DNA of 64,000 bases from Eledone cirrhosa (taxonomy: Eukaryota). The DNA lies in the NCBI GenBank assembly GCA_964016885.1, contig OZ024747.1:45942001-46006000 (forward strand), written 5' to 3'. Shown here one piece after another: positions 27,583-39,550 of the stretch (within the stretch, counting starts at the first letter, position 1; every line of letters starts with the position of its first letter). The translations under genes were made by a program, and so were the position numbers. The notes below the pieces were generated by a model. The model searched no databases. It was not told where the DNA came from and saw only the letters and a program-made list of their open reading frames with translations.

Positions 27583-28731
27583 TACATACATACAAACAAA
27601 CATACCTTGCAAATAATGTGTATAGTATTGTAAACATTGAGGTTTTCTATGTTTCCTTATGCGTTCTTTACTTATCATTTTTCTTGCTACAACATTCATT
27701 ATAGCTTGCTCTTCTGGGTTTTTGTCCTTATGATTTTCTGCCAATCTTACTTCTTTCCCGGTGTTGCCCAGAGGCTTGAACATTTGTTTATCCTTCTGAC
27801 TTTGATTTTGATATATACACTATTATCTTGATATGTATTTGTCAGAGTATTTTGTCATATTTCTGTAACATATTAGCTATAGGTACAGCGTGTGTATATA
27901 TACAATATTTTCATGTTAGGTGTTTAAGTGTCAACATATTCTCCATAGTAAGTCAAATATGGTGATATTTCTGTTCTTTTAGATATGAATTAATCAAGCA
28001 AAAATAACATCTTCATTTCTGTTATAGAGAAAATGTGTAGTATGTGGTGATATTAGTATATTTCTTTATTACTGTGGGTCAGTAAGTTCCTAATGAGATA
28101 TTGATCAAGTATTGCTAAAATCAGACCTTGTGGTAAAACATTTCGTTCAGAGCTTTTAAGTAATTGTTGGCTTTCATAACTGCTCATTATATAAAAAAAG
28201 TATCTAGAAATAAAAGTCAACATTTCTGTCTGGGATATAAAGATTTGTTTTACATTTTCGCAAACAACGTAACGATATTCTCAATGGACGCGCTTACAAT
28301 ATTTGAATATTGAACCGTCGTGTCATTTAATTTGAATATGAACCGTCGTGTCATTTAATTTGAAAAGTGGAGCAAAGTAAAAGGAGAATAGTGAATTTGG
28401 AGTGTCAATCCCTTGTGATTTTTTTTTTGATTTTTTCTATACCGGACTTACAGTTTTCCAGGATTTATACTCACTTTTTTTTTTTCCTTCAAAAGGATGG
28501 AGGTGTTTTATCTCCTCATGAAACTGACATTACTTAATTATGTTCGTCATCTATGGCTTATTCATATGTATTATTTCATATGTATTATTTCAAATGGTAA
28601 AATCAAAACAAACTCTAAAAGTACATTAGAGAAACAAATAGAAAGAACCCCCTTTCTTAATGTTAAAGATTGGATAGAGATTAGTGTGGAAATGGAAGCA
28701 CCAATTGAAACATAAGTTTTAAATCTCCGAA

Positions 28732-28920
28732 GCGGTGGATTGGCAGTATCGGTAGAGGGTCGGACGCCATGCTTTCCAGCATAGTTACGTCCCTTTATGA
28801 TCTGAGTTCAAATCCCGCCGAGGTTGACTTTGCCTTCCATCCTTACGGGGTCGATAAAATAAAGTACCAGTAATGCACTGGATAATTGCTGGCCTTGTGC
28901 CTAAAGTAGAAACAATTATT
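28732..28920 (+). mobile_element. tRNA-derived SINE
   Basis: A box, B box (GAGTTCAAATCC), core and tail. Confidence 0.9.
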
Positions 28921-29496
28921 TCATAACTCTATAGAACTTTTAGAATGTTTGTGCAGTGTTCTGTGTCCAGCCAGGTTTGTACAACAGGTAAGAAAAATGA
29001 TGATTCGGTGGCGGTTTTTTCTGATAGGAGCTTCTTCCACGTCGGAAGTCCGAAGTGTGTTTTCTTGTCTTCTTCAATACTTTCAGAAACGGCTTCGGAG
29101 ATTTAAAACTTATGTTTCAATTGGTGCTTCCATTTCCACACTAATCTCTATCCAATCTTTAACATTAAGAAAGGGGGTTCTTTCTATTTATTTTACTGTA
29201 CCTATCAGTCTAGGTAAAAATTCAATACTTCTATGTGTATATGTACCCTTCCTCATTTTATGCATAATGGGTATTTCTTCTCTAGTCCAGCGATAGAAAT
29301 TTAGGTCCAGAACGCAGAAATTAGTTTTCTATTTTGCAATCTAGACAAACAACTTTCTTAGCTTCCAATTTATATTATGATATTATGTATATTATGGGTA
29401 TTATGTATAATATATATATAATGTATATTAGTATGCAGGATATCCGTATATAAAATATCAAGGAAAACAATACTCAATTTTCGCATTTTTGTCCGA

Positions 29497-29580
29497 GCGC
29501 CCGATGAGAGGCCAATTTTGAAGAGGCGCCTCTACGATACGCTGGTGGCTATCACTGGAGCCCGAAACCTAAGGTCGCGC
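29497..29580 (+). ncRNA. Hammerhead candidate (U4C) with branched stem II
   Basis: GCGC-CCGATGA-GAGGC...GCCC-GAAAC-CTAAG-GTC-GCGC. Confidence 0.55.
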
Positions 29581-29857
29581 ATTCATGTTAAGTCTATGAA
29601 ACTTTATAACTATAATGTATATTATATATATTACGGTATAATATTATGATATTAGTATGTACAGGAACATACATATATGTATACAGACGTACAGTAGTAT
29701 GCATGTATATATACATATATGCACACATATATATATGTACGTATGGATTCACCGAACATTTATTATAATGCTCGGTGCGTTTGTAAACAAACATCCCGTA
29801 TTAAGCCGTAGTGTCTAGCAACCATCGTTGCTCGTTTGTTCAACACTGACAAAAGAA

Positions 29858-29898
29858 CGCTGTACTAGTTTCAAGCTTGTTAGCTATCGTCAGCAACG
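29858..29898 (-). ncRNA. Minimal type I hammerhead ribozyme
   Basis: CGTTG-CTGACGA-TAGC taacaa GCTT-GAAAC-TA-GTA-CAGCG. Confidence 0.8.
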
Positions 29899-30277
29899 TA
29901 TACCTTCCTGCCAGATTGTTGAACGTATATACTTACCTTATGCATATTAACGGCTGAGTAGCCCAATTTGCATATCGAGTGGGTTAATCGGCCGGGTGCA
30001 CCGAAAACGATAAACGGAAAAAATGAAACGAAATTTTATTTCCCACTCTTAGTACGGCTGTTACTTAAATATAAGTATGTACACGGACATACATATATGT
30101 ATACAGACGTACAGTAGTATGTATATATATATACATACATGCACACATATATATATGTACGTATGGATTCACTGAACATTTATTATAATGTTCGGTGTGT
30201 TTGTAAACAAACATCCCGTATTAAGCCGTAGTGTCTAGTAACCATCGTTGCTCGTTTTTTCAACATTGACAAAGGAA

Positions 30278-30318
30278 CGCTGTACTAGTTTCAAGCTTAT
30301 TAGCTATCGTCAGCAACG
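30278..30318 (-). ncRNA. Minimal type I hammerhead ribozyme
   Basis: Same motif, with loop II taataa. Confidence 0.8.
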
Positions 30319-30572
30319 TATACCTTCCTACCAGATTGTTGCTCGGTTGTTCAACACTGTACGTCTGTATACATATATGTATGTACGTGTACATACTTAT
30401 ATTTAAGTAACAGCCGTACTAAGAGTGTGAAATGAAATTTCGTTTCATTTTTTCCGTTTATCGTTTTCGGTGCACCCGGCCGATTAACCCACTCGATATG
30501 CAAATTGGGCTACTCAGCCGTTAATATGCATAAGGTAAGTATATACGGTCAACAATCTGGCAGGAAGGTATA

Positions 30573-30613
30573 CGTTGCTGACGATAGCTAATAAGCTTGA
30601 AACTAGTACAGCG
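30573..30613 (+). ncRNA. Minimal type I hammerhead ribozyme
   Basis: CGTTG-CTGACGA-TAGC taataa GCTT-GAAAC-TA-GTA-CAGCG. Confidence 0.8.
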
Positions 30614-30901
30614 TTCCTTTGTCAGTGTTGAACAAACGAGCAACGATGGTTGCTAGACACTACGGCTTAATACGGGATGTTTGTTTACAAACACACCGAG
30701 CATTATAATAAATGTTCGGTGAATCCATACGTAGATATATATATGTGTGCATGTATGTATATATATATATACATACTACTGTACGTCTGTATACATATAT
30801 GTATGTACGTGTACATACTTATATTTAAGTAACAGCCGTACTAAGAGTGGGAAATGAAATTTCGTTTCATTTTTTCCGATTATGATATTACTTATTTCTA
30901 A

Positions 30902-31092
30902 CCGGTGGATTGGCAGTATCGGTAGAGAGTGGGACACCATGCTTTCCAGCATAGTTACGTCCCTTTACGGTCTGAGTTCAAATCCCGCCGAGGTTCACTT
31001 TGCCTTTCATCCTTACGGGGTCGATAAAATAAAGTACCAGTAATGTACTGGTTAATTGCTGGCCTTGTGCCAAAAGTAGAAACAATTATTTA
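30902..31092 (+). mobile_element. tRNA-derived SINE
   Basis: Full-length match to the family. Confidence 0.9.
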
Positions 31093-32099
31093 TTTCTCTC
31101 TATAATTTTATTTCTGTCACCGAGTCTAGTTTTTGAAAATTGTCTGATAATTCTGTTGTATTTACTTCTAAGATTGTTCTTCTATTCCTGTGTGTTGTAT
31201 TTTATCAGTGTTATTTAATCCAAAATACTTATATGGGCTGTTCTATAATAAGTGACTGATTTCACTTAATTATTAAGTGAAGGTTTCATAATTTTGCTTA
31301 TTCTTAAAGTACCTTTGACACAATTCTCTAATCTCATAGCCATGGGCATATTACTACTGAATTTAAGATAAGAGTATAGATTTCTAAATAGTGATTTTAA
31401 CAGTGTGTGCAAATTCACAACTATTAGTATTGTTCTCATTGCACTCTATATTTATGTTCTATTTTATAATCCATTCTCAATTTCCATTGTGATCAATATT
31501 CTTATTTTATAAGTTGTCTCAACGAAACTGCATTTGTTTTTTATGTATCTTTCCATGTTCGGTGAATTCGTTTTTGTTTTTATCAGAATGCTGAAACATT
31601 TGTTTCAAAGTTATTATTAAAGCTGTACTTATTTAACCGAACTTTCTGGCATCTCTTTGTTTCAAATGTTTATTCACTTACATGGATATTTGTTTAATTT
31701 AACTCTTTTCCTTTCGTTTGTATTTTCTTCATGTTTAATTTTCCTTCTATGATGTGTATCATAGTAGACTCCATCTTTATAGTTCACCTATTCACGTTAT
31801 TTATCCTATTGAAGTTTGGGTTAATCTGCTTACTCAGGGGTATTATGAACATTATCATTATTGTTAATGGTTTGTACAGACATGTTATTGTAAGCTCCCG
31901 TAAGTTTGTTGTTTTTCTCACATTTCATTCTCACATTATTATGATTTGAAACTTCCTTTGAGTTCTGCTTCGTTCCCAAATCATGCTGAGTGTCAACCTC
32001 GCTCCTGAGGCAAAATTTGATAATACATACATTTTACAATCAATTGTCACGCAAATGATGCCACAAAGGCAAAACAACAGTAAATATCCTTGCAAAGTT

Positions 32100-32700
32100 T
32101 TTAAATTGATAATGCCCTTCTCGTGACATGGTCAGTGCCAATAAGCACTATTTTTTCTATTTCTGGCAGAGATGGCTCTCCAGGTATCCGGTCCAAATAT
32201 ATTTCAGTACCCATTTTTATCATTCCACGTACACTGACTAACATTGGCATTGTACAGGCCTTAAGAAGCCACATTTTCTCAATTTCAATTGATTTCTATA
32301 CTTACTGAGCTTTTCGATCTATTTCGAGGAGGTGTTACAATATGATGGAATGCTCCTGTCAATTAAGAAACATGTTTTCTCTTCATGGTCCTTCACAATT
32401 ATATCAGGTCTGTTGGCCTTGATTATTCTGTCAGTAATCACAGGGAAATCCCAGAGGATGTTTGCCTCTCACCTCCTGTTAATGCATCTGTGCGATGGTT
32501 GTACAACTTCCCTCTGTTTTCAGACCATAAACCCTGCACATTACCCAGTGTCGGTATTACCCCGCTCTATCATGCCTCACTTTATATTCCTGGGCGGCTA
32601 ATACCTTACAGCCAGAAACCAGGTGATCTATGGTTTCAACATGCTCATCCCAGAATTGACACATTTGGTCAACGATTTAAGACGTTGTGTCGAGACACGA
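32100..32700 (-). mobile_element. R4/Dong-like (RLE) non-LTR retrotransposon 3' remnant
   Basis: ETIDHLVSGCKVLAAQEYKVRHD (CCHC region) and WDFPVITDRIIKANRPDIIVKD...TCFLID...EKLSKY restriction-like endonuclease motifs, with stops and frameshifts. Confidence 0.85.
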
Positions 32701-32721
32701 AGCAAAATTATTAATGATAAC

Positions 32722-32972
32722 AATGGTTTCCACTTTTGGCACAAGGCCAGCAATTACCCACTGCATTAGTGGTACTTTATTTTATCGACCTCGTAAGGAT
32801 GAAAGGCAAAGTTAACCTCGGCGGGATTTGAACTCAAAATGGAAAGGGCCGTAACTCTTTGCGTCAAAGCATGGCGTCCGACCCTCTACCGATACTGCCA
32901 GTCCATTATTAATGATAATAATGGTTTCTGATTTAGGCACAAGGCCAACAATTTTTGGGGGAGTGAAAGTCG

Positions 32973-33010
<38 letters not shown>

Positions 33011-33552
33011 TGTTTCTACTTTTGGCACAAGGCCAGCAATTACCCTAATAATAATAATAATAATTGTTTCTACTTTTGGCACAAGGGCCAGCAATTACCC
33101 TAATAATAATAATAATAATTGTTTCTACTTTTGGCACAAGGGCCAGCAATTACCCTAATAATAATAATAATAATTGTTTCTACGTTTGGCCGAAGGCTAG
33201 CAATTATCCCAGTATATTACTGGTACTTTATTATATCGACCACGTAAGGATGAAAGGCAAAGTTAACCTCGGCAGGATTTGAACTCAGAATGGCAAGGGC
33301 CGTAACTCTATGCTGCAAAGCATGGTGTCTGGCGCCCTACCGATACTGCCAAACCACCAATAATAATTGTTTCTACTTTTGGCACAAGGCCAGCAATTAC
33401 TCAGTACATTACTGGTACTTTATTTTATCGACCCCGTAAGGATGAAAGGCAAAGTTAACCTCGGCGGTATTTGAACTCAGACCGTAAAGGGACGTAACTA
33501 TGCTGGAAAGCATGGCGTCCGACTCTCTACCGATACTGCCAATCCTCCAGCT
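32722..33552 (-). mobile_element. Cluster of three SINEs plus tandemly repeated SINE 3' ends
   Basis: Copies at ~32722-32905, 33170-33358 and 33363-33550. Tail units (AAT)n-TGTTTCTACTTTTGGCACAAGG at 32920-33160. Confidence 0.9.
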
Positions 33553-34091
33553 TTAATAATAATAACAATAATAATAATAACAATTCCACCTAAAATTACG
33601 CTTTGTCTAATTTCGTACATTTTATGAATTTTTAATTGTCACTGATTGATTAGTCCAACCGAAATAGAGCGAGTGGTAAAATAGATTACATAAACGAAGC
33701 AATCATCCAAAATAGCAACGAAATTCAGACAGCTCACTTGAATGAGAAACAAATTAAAATTGACGCAGGTGGTGCGATGATGTTAGATACACCGAAACCA
33801 TTGTGTTCAATACTGATATTAACTGATCCGGGTATCTAATGAACCTGTTCACGAACATCAGTTGTGCTATTTACAAGTTAATATCAACTGTTGAAAACTT
33901 CATAACAATTTATATATTCAGCTGTTGTTAAATCATATATATCTATGTAGTTATCTTATGGCATAGAGCGCCCTTGTGGCAAATAAAGAAATATATCTTA
34001 TGGCATAGTAGTAATGGTTAAACATTCTATATTTGACAAATTATAATTTAAATTTCGTCGTTGTTGACCACAATTAATCATTAATTAATAT

Positions 34092-34385
34092 AATTGTTTT
34101 TACTTTTTGGCACAAGGCCAGCAAATACCCAGTGCATTACTGGTACTTTATTTTATCGACCCCGTAAGGATGAAAGGCAAAGTTAACCTCGGCTGGATTT
34201 GAACTCAGAATGGCAAGGGCGATAACTCTAAGCGTCAAAGCATGGCATCCGACCCTCTACCGATACTGCCAATCCACCGCCATTATTAATCAATTTGTCT
34301 TTCTACCTTACAGGGTCAATAAAATAAAGTAGCAGTAATACACTGGGATAATTGCTGGCCTTGTGCCAAAAGTAGAAACAATTAT
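34092..34385. mobile_element. SINE (-) joined to a partial SINE (+)
   Basis: Full copy 34092-34280, opposite-strand 3' half 34293-34385. Confidence 0.85.
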
Positions 34386-34885
34386 TAATCAATCATTAAT
34401 TAATATAATGATATGTTATCTTAACTACGGCTATATTTTTAATTAGTTAAAATGTCTATGGAATAGCAGGTGTGGTAGCGGTTTTAGTGTAAACGAATAT
34501 AATGACAAATAGTATTTAGTTTCGGTGTTCTACTTTCCAAGTTCAAAGTCTGCCTCCACTAAAATTGTCTTTCGTAAATTCAAGATCAAGAGATTAAGTA
34601 CTACGTTAGATCGATAAGGATTACATAAGCAATACTGCTTATGTAATACCAATTGTATGACTTCATTATCTCTGGTGAACTCACAGATTAGTTATAAATT
34701 TAGTTACAATGCTCTGTGATATCTACTCCAGTTTTCAGGCCTCTGTCGAAATTCAAAATTAACTTTATCTTTCATCCTTTCAGTGTTGAAAAATAAAGTA
34801 CTTAAATTATATGACGTCGATTCGTCTATCATCCTTCTCTCTCATTCTCGCAGATTTGAGTACTGTCGATGAGATAGCCTTTCGT

Positions 34886-34919
<34 letters not shown>

Positions 34920-37134
34920 TGGGAAAAAAAGGAGCGTATCTTTATAGTCTCTCATCAAAATTTTATGGCTAACTGATACCGCTTGTCAAAGAAATCCTCG
35001 ACCGTCGTTTGAAATGTTTGTGCAAAAGAACTGTACCAAGGAAATCTATTTAAATATTTATTCTTAATACAGCAAGGTAAAATCTTCAAATCATAATTCT
35101 AGCACCGTGTCTCGATTTGAAATCCTGTCATGACTGACTGTTTTATTTAGAAGTAATCATTTCACATAATAAGACAAGGAGAGGGCCTAGTCGATTAAAT
35201 CACCTCAAATATTGTCAGTCATTTTATTTTGGTGACAAATTTATCCTCAGAAGCTAAAGGAAACGGGGTAAAACGGCAATGCATTTTTTTCCGACACTCT
35301 AACAATATCAGTCTACCACCTTTTAATTAATACGTATCTGAGGTGATTCACTTGACTATATAACTTACTAATTTACTTTTCATCTTTTAGGTCTGCTTGC
35401 CATGAGGGCAGTGGATTGCTTTGCAACATTTAGTTACAGCCCTTTATATTCGGGGTTCAAATCCTGTCTATGTCAACTTTGCCTTTCATCCTTCCGATGT
35501 AGGTAAAATAACGTACCTGTCAATTTAATAGACTTCTTCTTCTACCAAATTGTTGGCATTCGGTCTACATAAGAAATCCGTATTGCACTTGCCATAAGTA
35601 ACGGAAACTAAGGATCAAAATCGAAGACATAATCGAAATATTTAACATAATGAAACATTGCTATGGAATTCTATTTTTAATGCGTGAAATTTCCACGAGT
35701 CTCACTGGTCATTGTTATTGTGTTCAATACAAAAACAGCTAAACAACCTGGCACCAGAACCCTGCAAAAGAATGTTCAATACCATGACGATGGCACTTTT
35801 AGACTTTCCTTTAATTAACTTGACAAAATCATGACTAGTTTTAAATTCAAAGACATCCGTTTTAAAACAATGTTTTTTTTTGCTTTTTTCAAACATATAT
35901 AGAATATCGTAATGTTGTTAGTTAGAGAACAATATTTCGTTTATATGGGTTCTGTTTGGAAATACCACCAAAGTATTTTTTTACGCTATTGGCCCATAAC
36001 ATAAAATAGAACATAAGAATATATTAAGGTAAAAATCAGTTGACTATCGTTCACGCTGAGTAAGATTTCGACCATATGATTAGCAAAATAAACCTTTTTT
36101 TCTATGTTTGGTTATTGTGCTTCACTGTTAATTATTCTTTCGATTCTCTCATATGTGCGAAATGCTACAAAGACTCAGTTGGATTTTGATCGTATCTAAA
36201 TATTAACAAAACATTTTATGCTCCACTGTACACATTTATATAATCCACTGCCGCAAAATATGAATTTGAAATGATTTCCATTATTGGAACATGACAATAA
36301 ATTGATAGGCAGGAGGGGACGTCGAATTATTAGACTCAAAGTACTTGAAAGGTACTTATATTATCAACTTCAGAATGATCAAAAGCTGTGATCACTGTAG
36401 GGAGATTTGAAATTAGAAATTAATGAAAACCAGCAAAATACCGCAGGACATTTTCTCCTCTACTCTAAAGACCTTTACAGCTACTGCCATCTTGTAAGAA
36501 TTGGTAATAACATGAACAAAAATAAACAAAAAAAACCAGCGACAAAAATATTGATGATCGTTTTTTATTTCTTTTTGCCACGAATACAACTGATGAGAGG
36601 AAACTGCTATAAGGAAACATTGCTAGACAATGAGTGTTTTACATAGCATCGAGTAAAGAACAGTATACAATAAGAAGAAAAGACAGGCCAGTCACTTGGG
36701 GCTACTCAATGAGCACCATAGATCCAGGATTACACAGACATCCCAATTACCAAAGGCAAATATATTTACTTAGCTTTGTTCTCCAGCCTACAGTTGCAGG
36801 CTGAAAATAAACCCAGTCACATCAGCCATACTTACTTACCATTCTCAACTGCTATTCAGTAAATCTACTAGAGATAATTGTAACTGTTTCTATAATGTTG
36901 CTGTGTTCTATTGCGCACCTTAACGTTCTGGTTTCCAAATCTTGCTGAAGTGACCTTTGACTTTTACCCTTTCTAGATCGATACTATTCAAGTTGTGGGC
37001 CAAATATAATCAACTTTCGCACTCCGCACATTGCAATTTTGAATTCACTTTATCTATTGTGTGTATGCAAGGGACTTTATAGTACAAAATAAGAAATTGT
37101 TAATCTTTTTTCTGTACAAATCATGAACAATATA

Positions 37135-37136
37135 TT

Positions 37137-37195
<59 letters not shown>

Positions 37196-37222
37196 TATCA
37201 TTACCACCACCACCACCATCAC
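37135..37222. repeat. (CAT)n/(CAC)n microsatellite
   Basis: Trinucleotide run. Confidence 0.95.
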
Positions 37223-37454
37223 CAGAAAAGAGACTTGTGAAAATTTACTGGCCAAATCACATAAACTAATATACTATAACACTGCATAAACAATTTCTTC
37301 TGCAGCCTAGGGTAATTCAAATAATCACTGCATATTTAATGTTGGTTCTTATTACAATTAAACTTTCTTATACACATATTTGTGTATGTATATGTCTGGA
37401 ACTCTTCTCTCGCTATCTCTCATTATATAAATATATATATATATAATGAAAGAT

Positions 37455-37571
37455 ATGATCTGAGTTCAAATCCTGCCGGGGTTAAATTTGCCTTTCATCC
37501 TTACGGGGTCGATAAAATAACGTACCAGTAATGTACTGGTGAATTGCTGGCCTTGTGCCAAAAATAGAAAC

Positions 37572-37577
<6 letters not shown>
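37455..37577 (+). mobile_element. 5'-truncated SINE
   Basis: B box through tail. Confidence 0.85.
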
Positions 37578-37602
<25 letters not shown>

Positions 37603-37609
<7 letters not shown>

Positions 37610-37984
37610 TAAAATAACAGATTAAAGTTTAAGCAAGAATCGCTGCTTTCACCCTTAACGGGATCTTCTGAAACTAACAAAGTCAATCTGTAAACGCAGA
37701 AGTGGATATTTCAAAAGACGTTGCAACGGGAGGAAGACAGGAAGACGATAACGTTCCCTGGCAAAGAACGGGGAAAAACGAATATAATACGTTTATTCCC
37801 GTTCTTTGCCAGGGAACGTTTCCACGAACCAAAGTATCGTCTTTCTGTCTTCCTCCGGTTGCAACGTTTTTTGAAATATCCACTTCTGCGTTTACAGATT
37901 GACTTTGTTAGTTTCAGAAGATCCCGTTAAGGGTGAAAGCAGCGATTCTTGCTTAAACTTTAATCTGTTATTTTAATAAATATT
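37603..37984. repeat. ~380-bp near-perfect palindrome of a dispersed TA-associated repeat
   Basis: Arms flank loop 37781-37789. The arm sequence also occurs at 48530-48695 and 14551-14608. Confidence 0.85.
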
Positions 37985-38066
37985 TGGTCTACGGTTCTTA
38001 TATATTTGATATATATTTATCCTTATCGAGCCCTCTTTGGATTTTAGTCTTCAAATTTATTATTAT

Positions 38067-38118
<52 letters not shown>

Positions 38119-38199
38119 ACATATATACACAGAGATATCCACGGTAAGTTGTGGGGTCTATTCTGCATGAAGAACTCAATGTAATCCATATGTTGAAAA

Positions 38200-38840
38200 T
38201 GTTGTGGGTTAAGATAAATCCCGGAAAACAATAAAACATTAAAATGAAAACAGAGTCATGATATAAGTTAAAACAATGAAATAAAAAATCAAACTATCAT
38301 GGAACACCATTCTACAAAGAATTCCATATCTTGGGAACAGGAGGGAATGCAGATTATGTTCGGGGGAGATCTTGGAAATTACTAAATCTAAGGACGATTT
38401 ATTAAATAAAAGACAGGAACTGATTATAGTTTGTAATCACATTATAAGAAGAACATTTAAATACTATAAACCTAATTAAATATTCTAAATAGCAACTCAC
38501 TATAATTCTATATAGAGTAACATTTGTTAGTACCCCTTTCCCCTAATTATATGCATTCATGCTTATCTTTTACCTTTTAATGTTTTAGCTTCCTTAGGTT
38601 TATGTGTTAATGACTAAAGGCAACAAGATACACAACCACCCGTAATTGCATGAGTAGATATATATCTATGTATGTATTATATGGGAATATATTTGTGTAT
38701 GTGTATATATATGTGTATATAGAGTCCATAACACCAATCAAACCCCCTTTATAGCTCTGAAGAATTCTACGGTTACGTAAGGAAGAAACATTGTAAGCCA
38801 ATAAAAATCTGTTGATGTTGTAGACGCTCTTGTGTTCTTT
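38200..38840 (+). mobile_element. Penelope-like 3' fragment with HHR
   Basis: IKLSWNTILQRIPY...CRLCSGEILEI...LLNKRQELIIVCNH endonuclease C-terminus, then UTR and HHR. Confidence 0.75.
38754..38798 (+). ncRNA. Hammerhead motif (extra A after core)
   Basis: GCT-CTGAAGA-A-TTC TACG gtta CGTA ag GAA-GAAAC-ATT-GTA-AGC. Confidence 0.6.
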
Positions 38841-38843
38841 ATC

Positions 38844-38952
<109 letters not shown>

Positions 38953-39361
38953 TGTGTGTGTGTCTGTCTGTATGTGTGTAGATATATATGTGGGTATAGG
39001 TGTGTATGTGTAGATATAGATATGTATAAATCTCTGTGCATATGATTATGTGCACATGTGTAAATGTGTATTTGTGTTTGCATCTATCTGTGTGTATGTA
39101 TATTTTTGGTTGAGTATCAATGTAACTATACCTCTCTATATATAGTGTGGATATATGCACTTTGTGATCTATGAAATTTATGCGTTTTGACTATGTCAAC
39201 ATGTATTTATCTGAGTTTGATTATTTATACATAAACATACTTGATAGTATTTTAGAGAGTATCATACGCTGTATTATACTAAGTGCAATTTACCACACCG
39301 TACTATATTGTGTTGGTTATATTATATTATTGCATTACTGTATTTCATTATCTTATAATAA

Positions 39362-39550
39362 GGCGGTGGATTGGCAGTATCGGTAGAGGGTCGGATGCCA
39401 TGCTTTGAAGCATAGAGTTACCTCCATGTATGATCTGAGTTCAAATCCCGCCGAGGTTAACTTTGCCTTTCATCCTTCTGGGGTCGATAGAATAAAGTAC
39501 CAGTAATGCATTGGGTAATTGCTGGCCTTGTGCCAAAAGTAGAAACAATT
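39362..39550 (+). mobile_element. tRNA-derived SINE
   Basis: Full-length, with ATTATCTTA on both flanks. Confidence 0.9.

Larger units (their letters stand above)
29657..30877. mobile_element. ORF-less ~420-bp HHR monomer: 1.6 tandem copies (-) plus 1.2 inverted copies (+)
   Basis: 420-bp period (29858 vs 30278). Inversion at ~30350. 30356 recurs at 30778. Confidence 0.85.

Noticed and set aside
28732-28830. tRNA gene
   Set aside because: The A/B boxes belong to a SINE head, with no complete cloverleaf, and are followed by the SINE core.
37915-37950. Hammerhead CAGAAGA-TCCC/GGGT-GAAA
   Set aside because: U4 is altered and there is no stem III/UH site or stem I, so it is not called a ribozyme.
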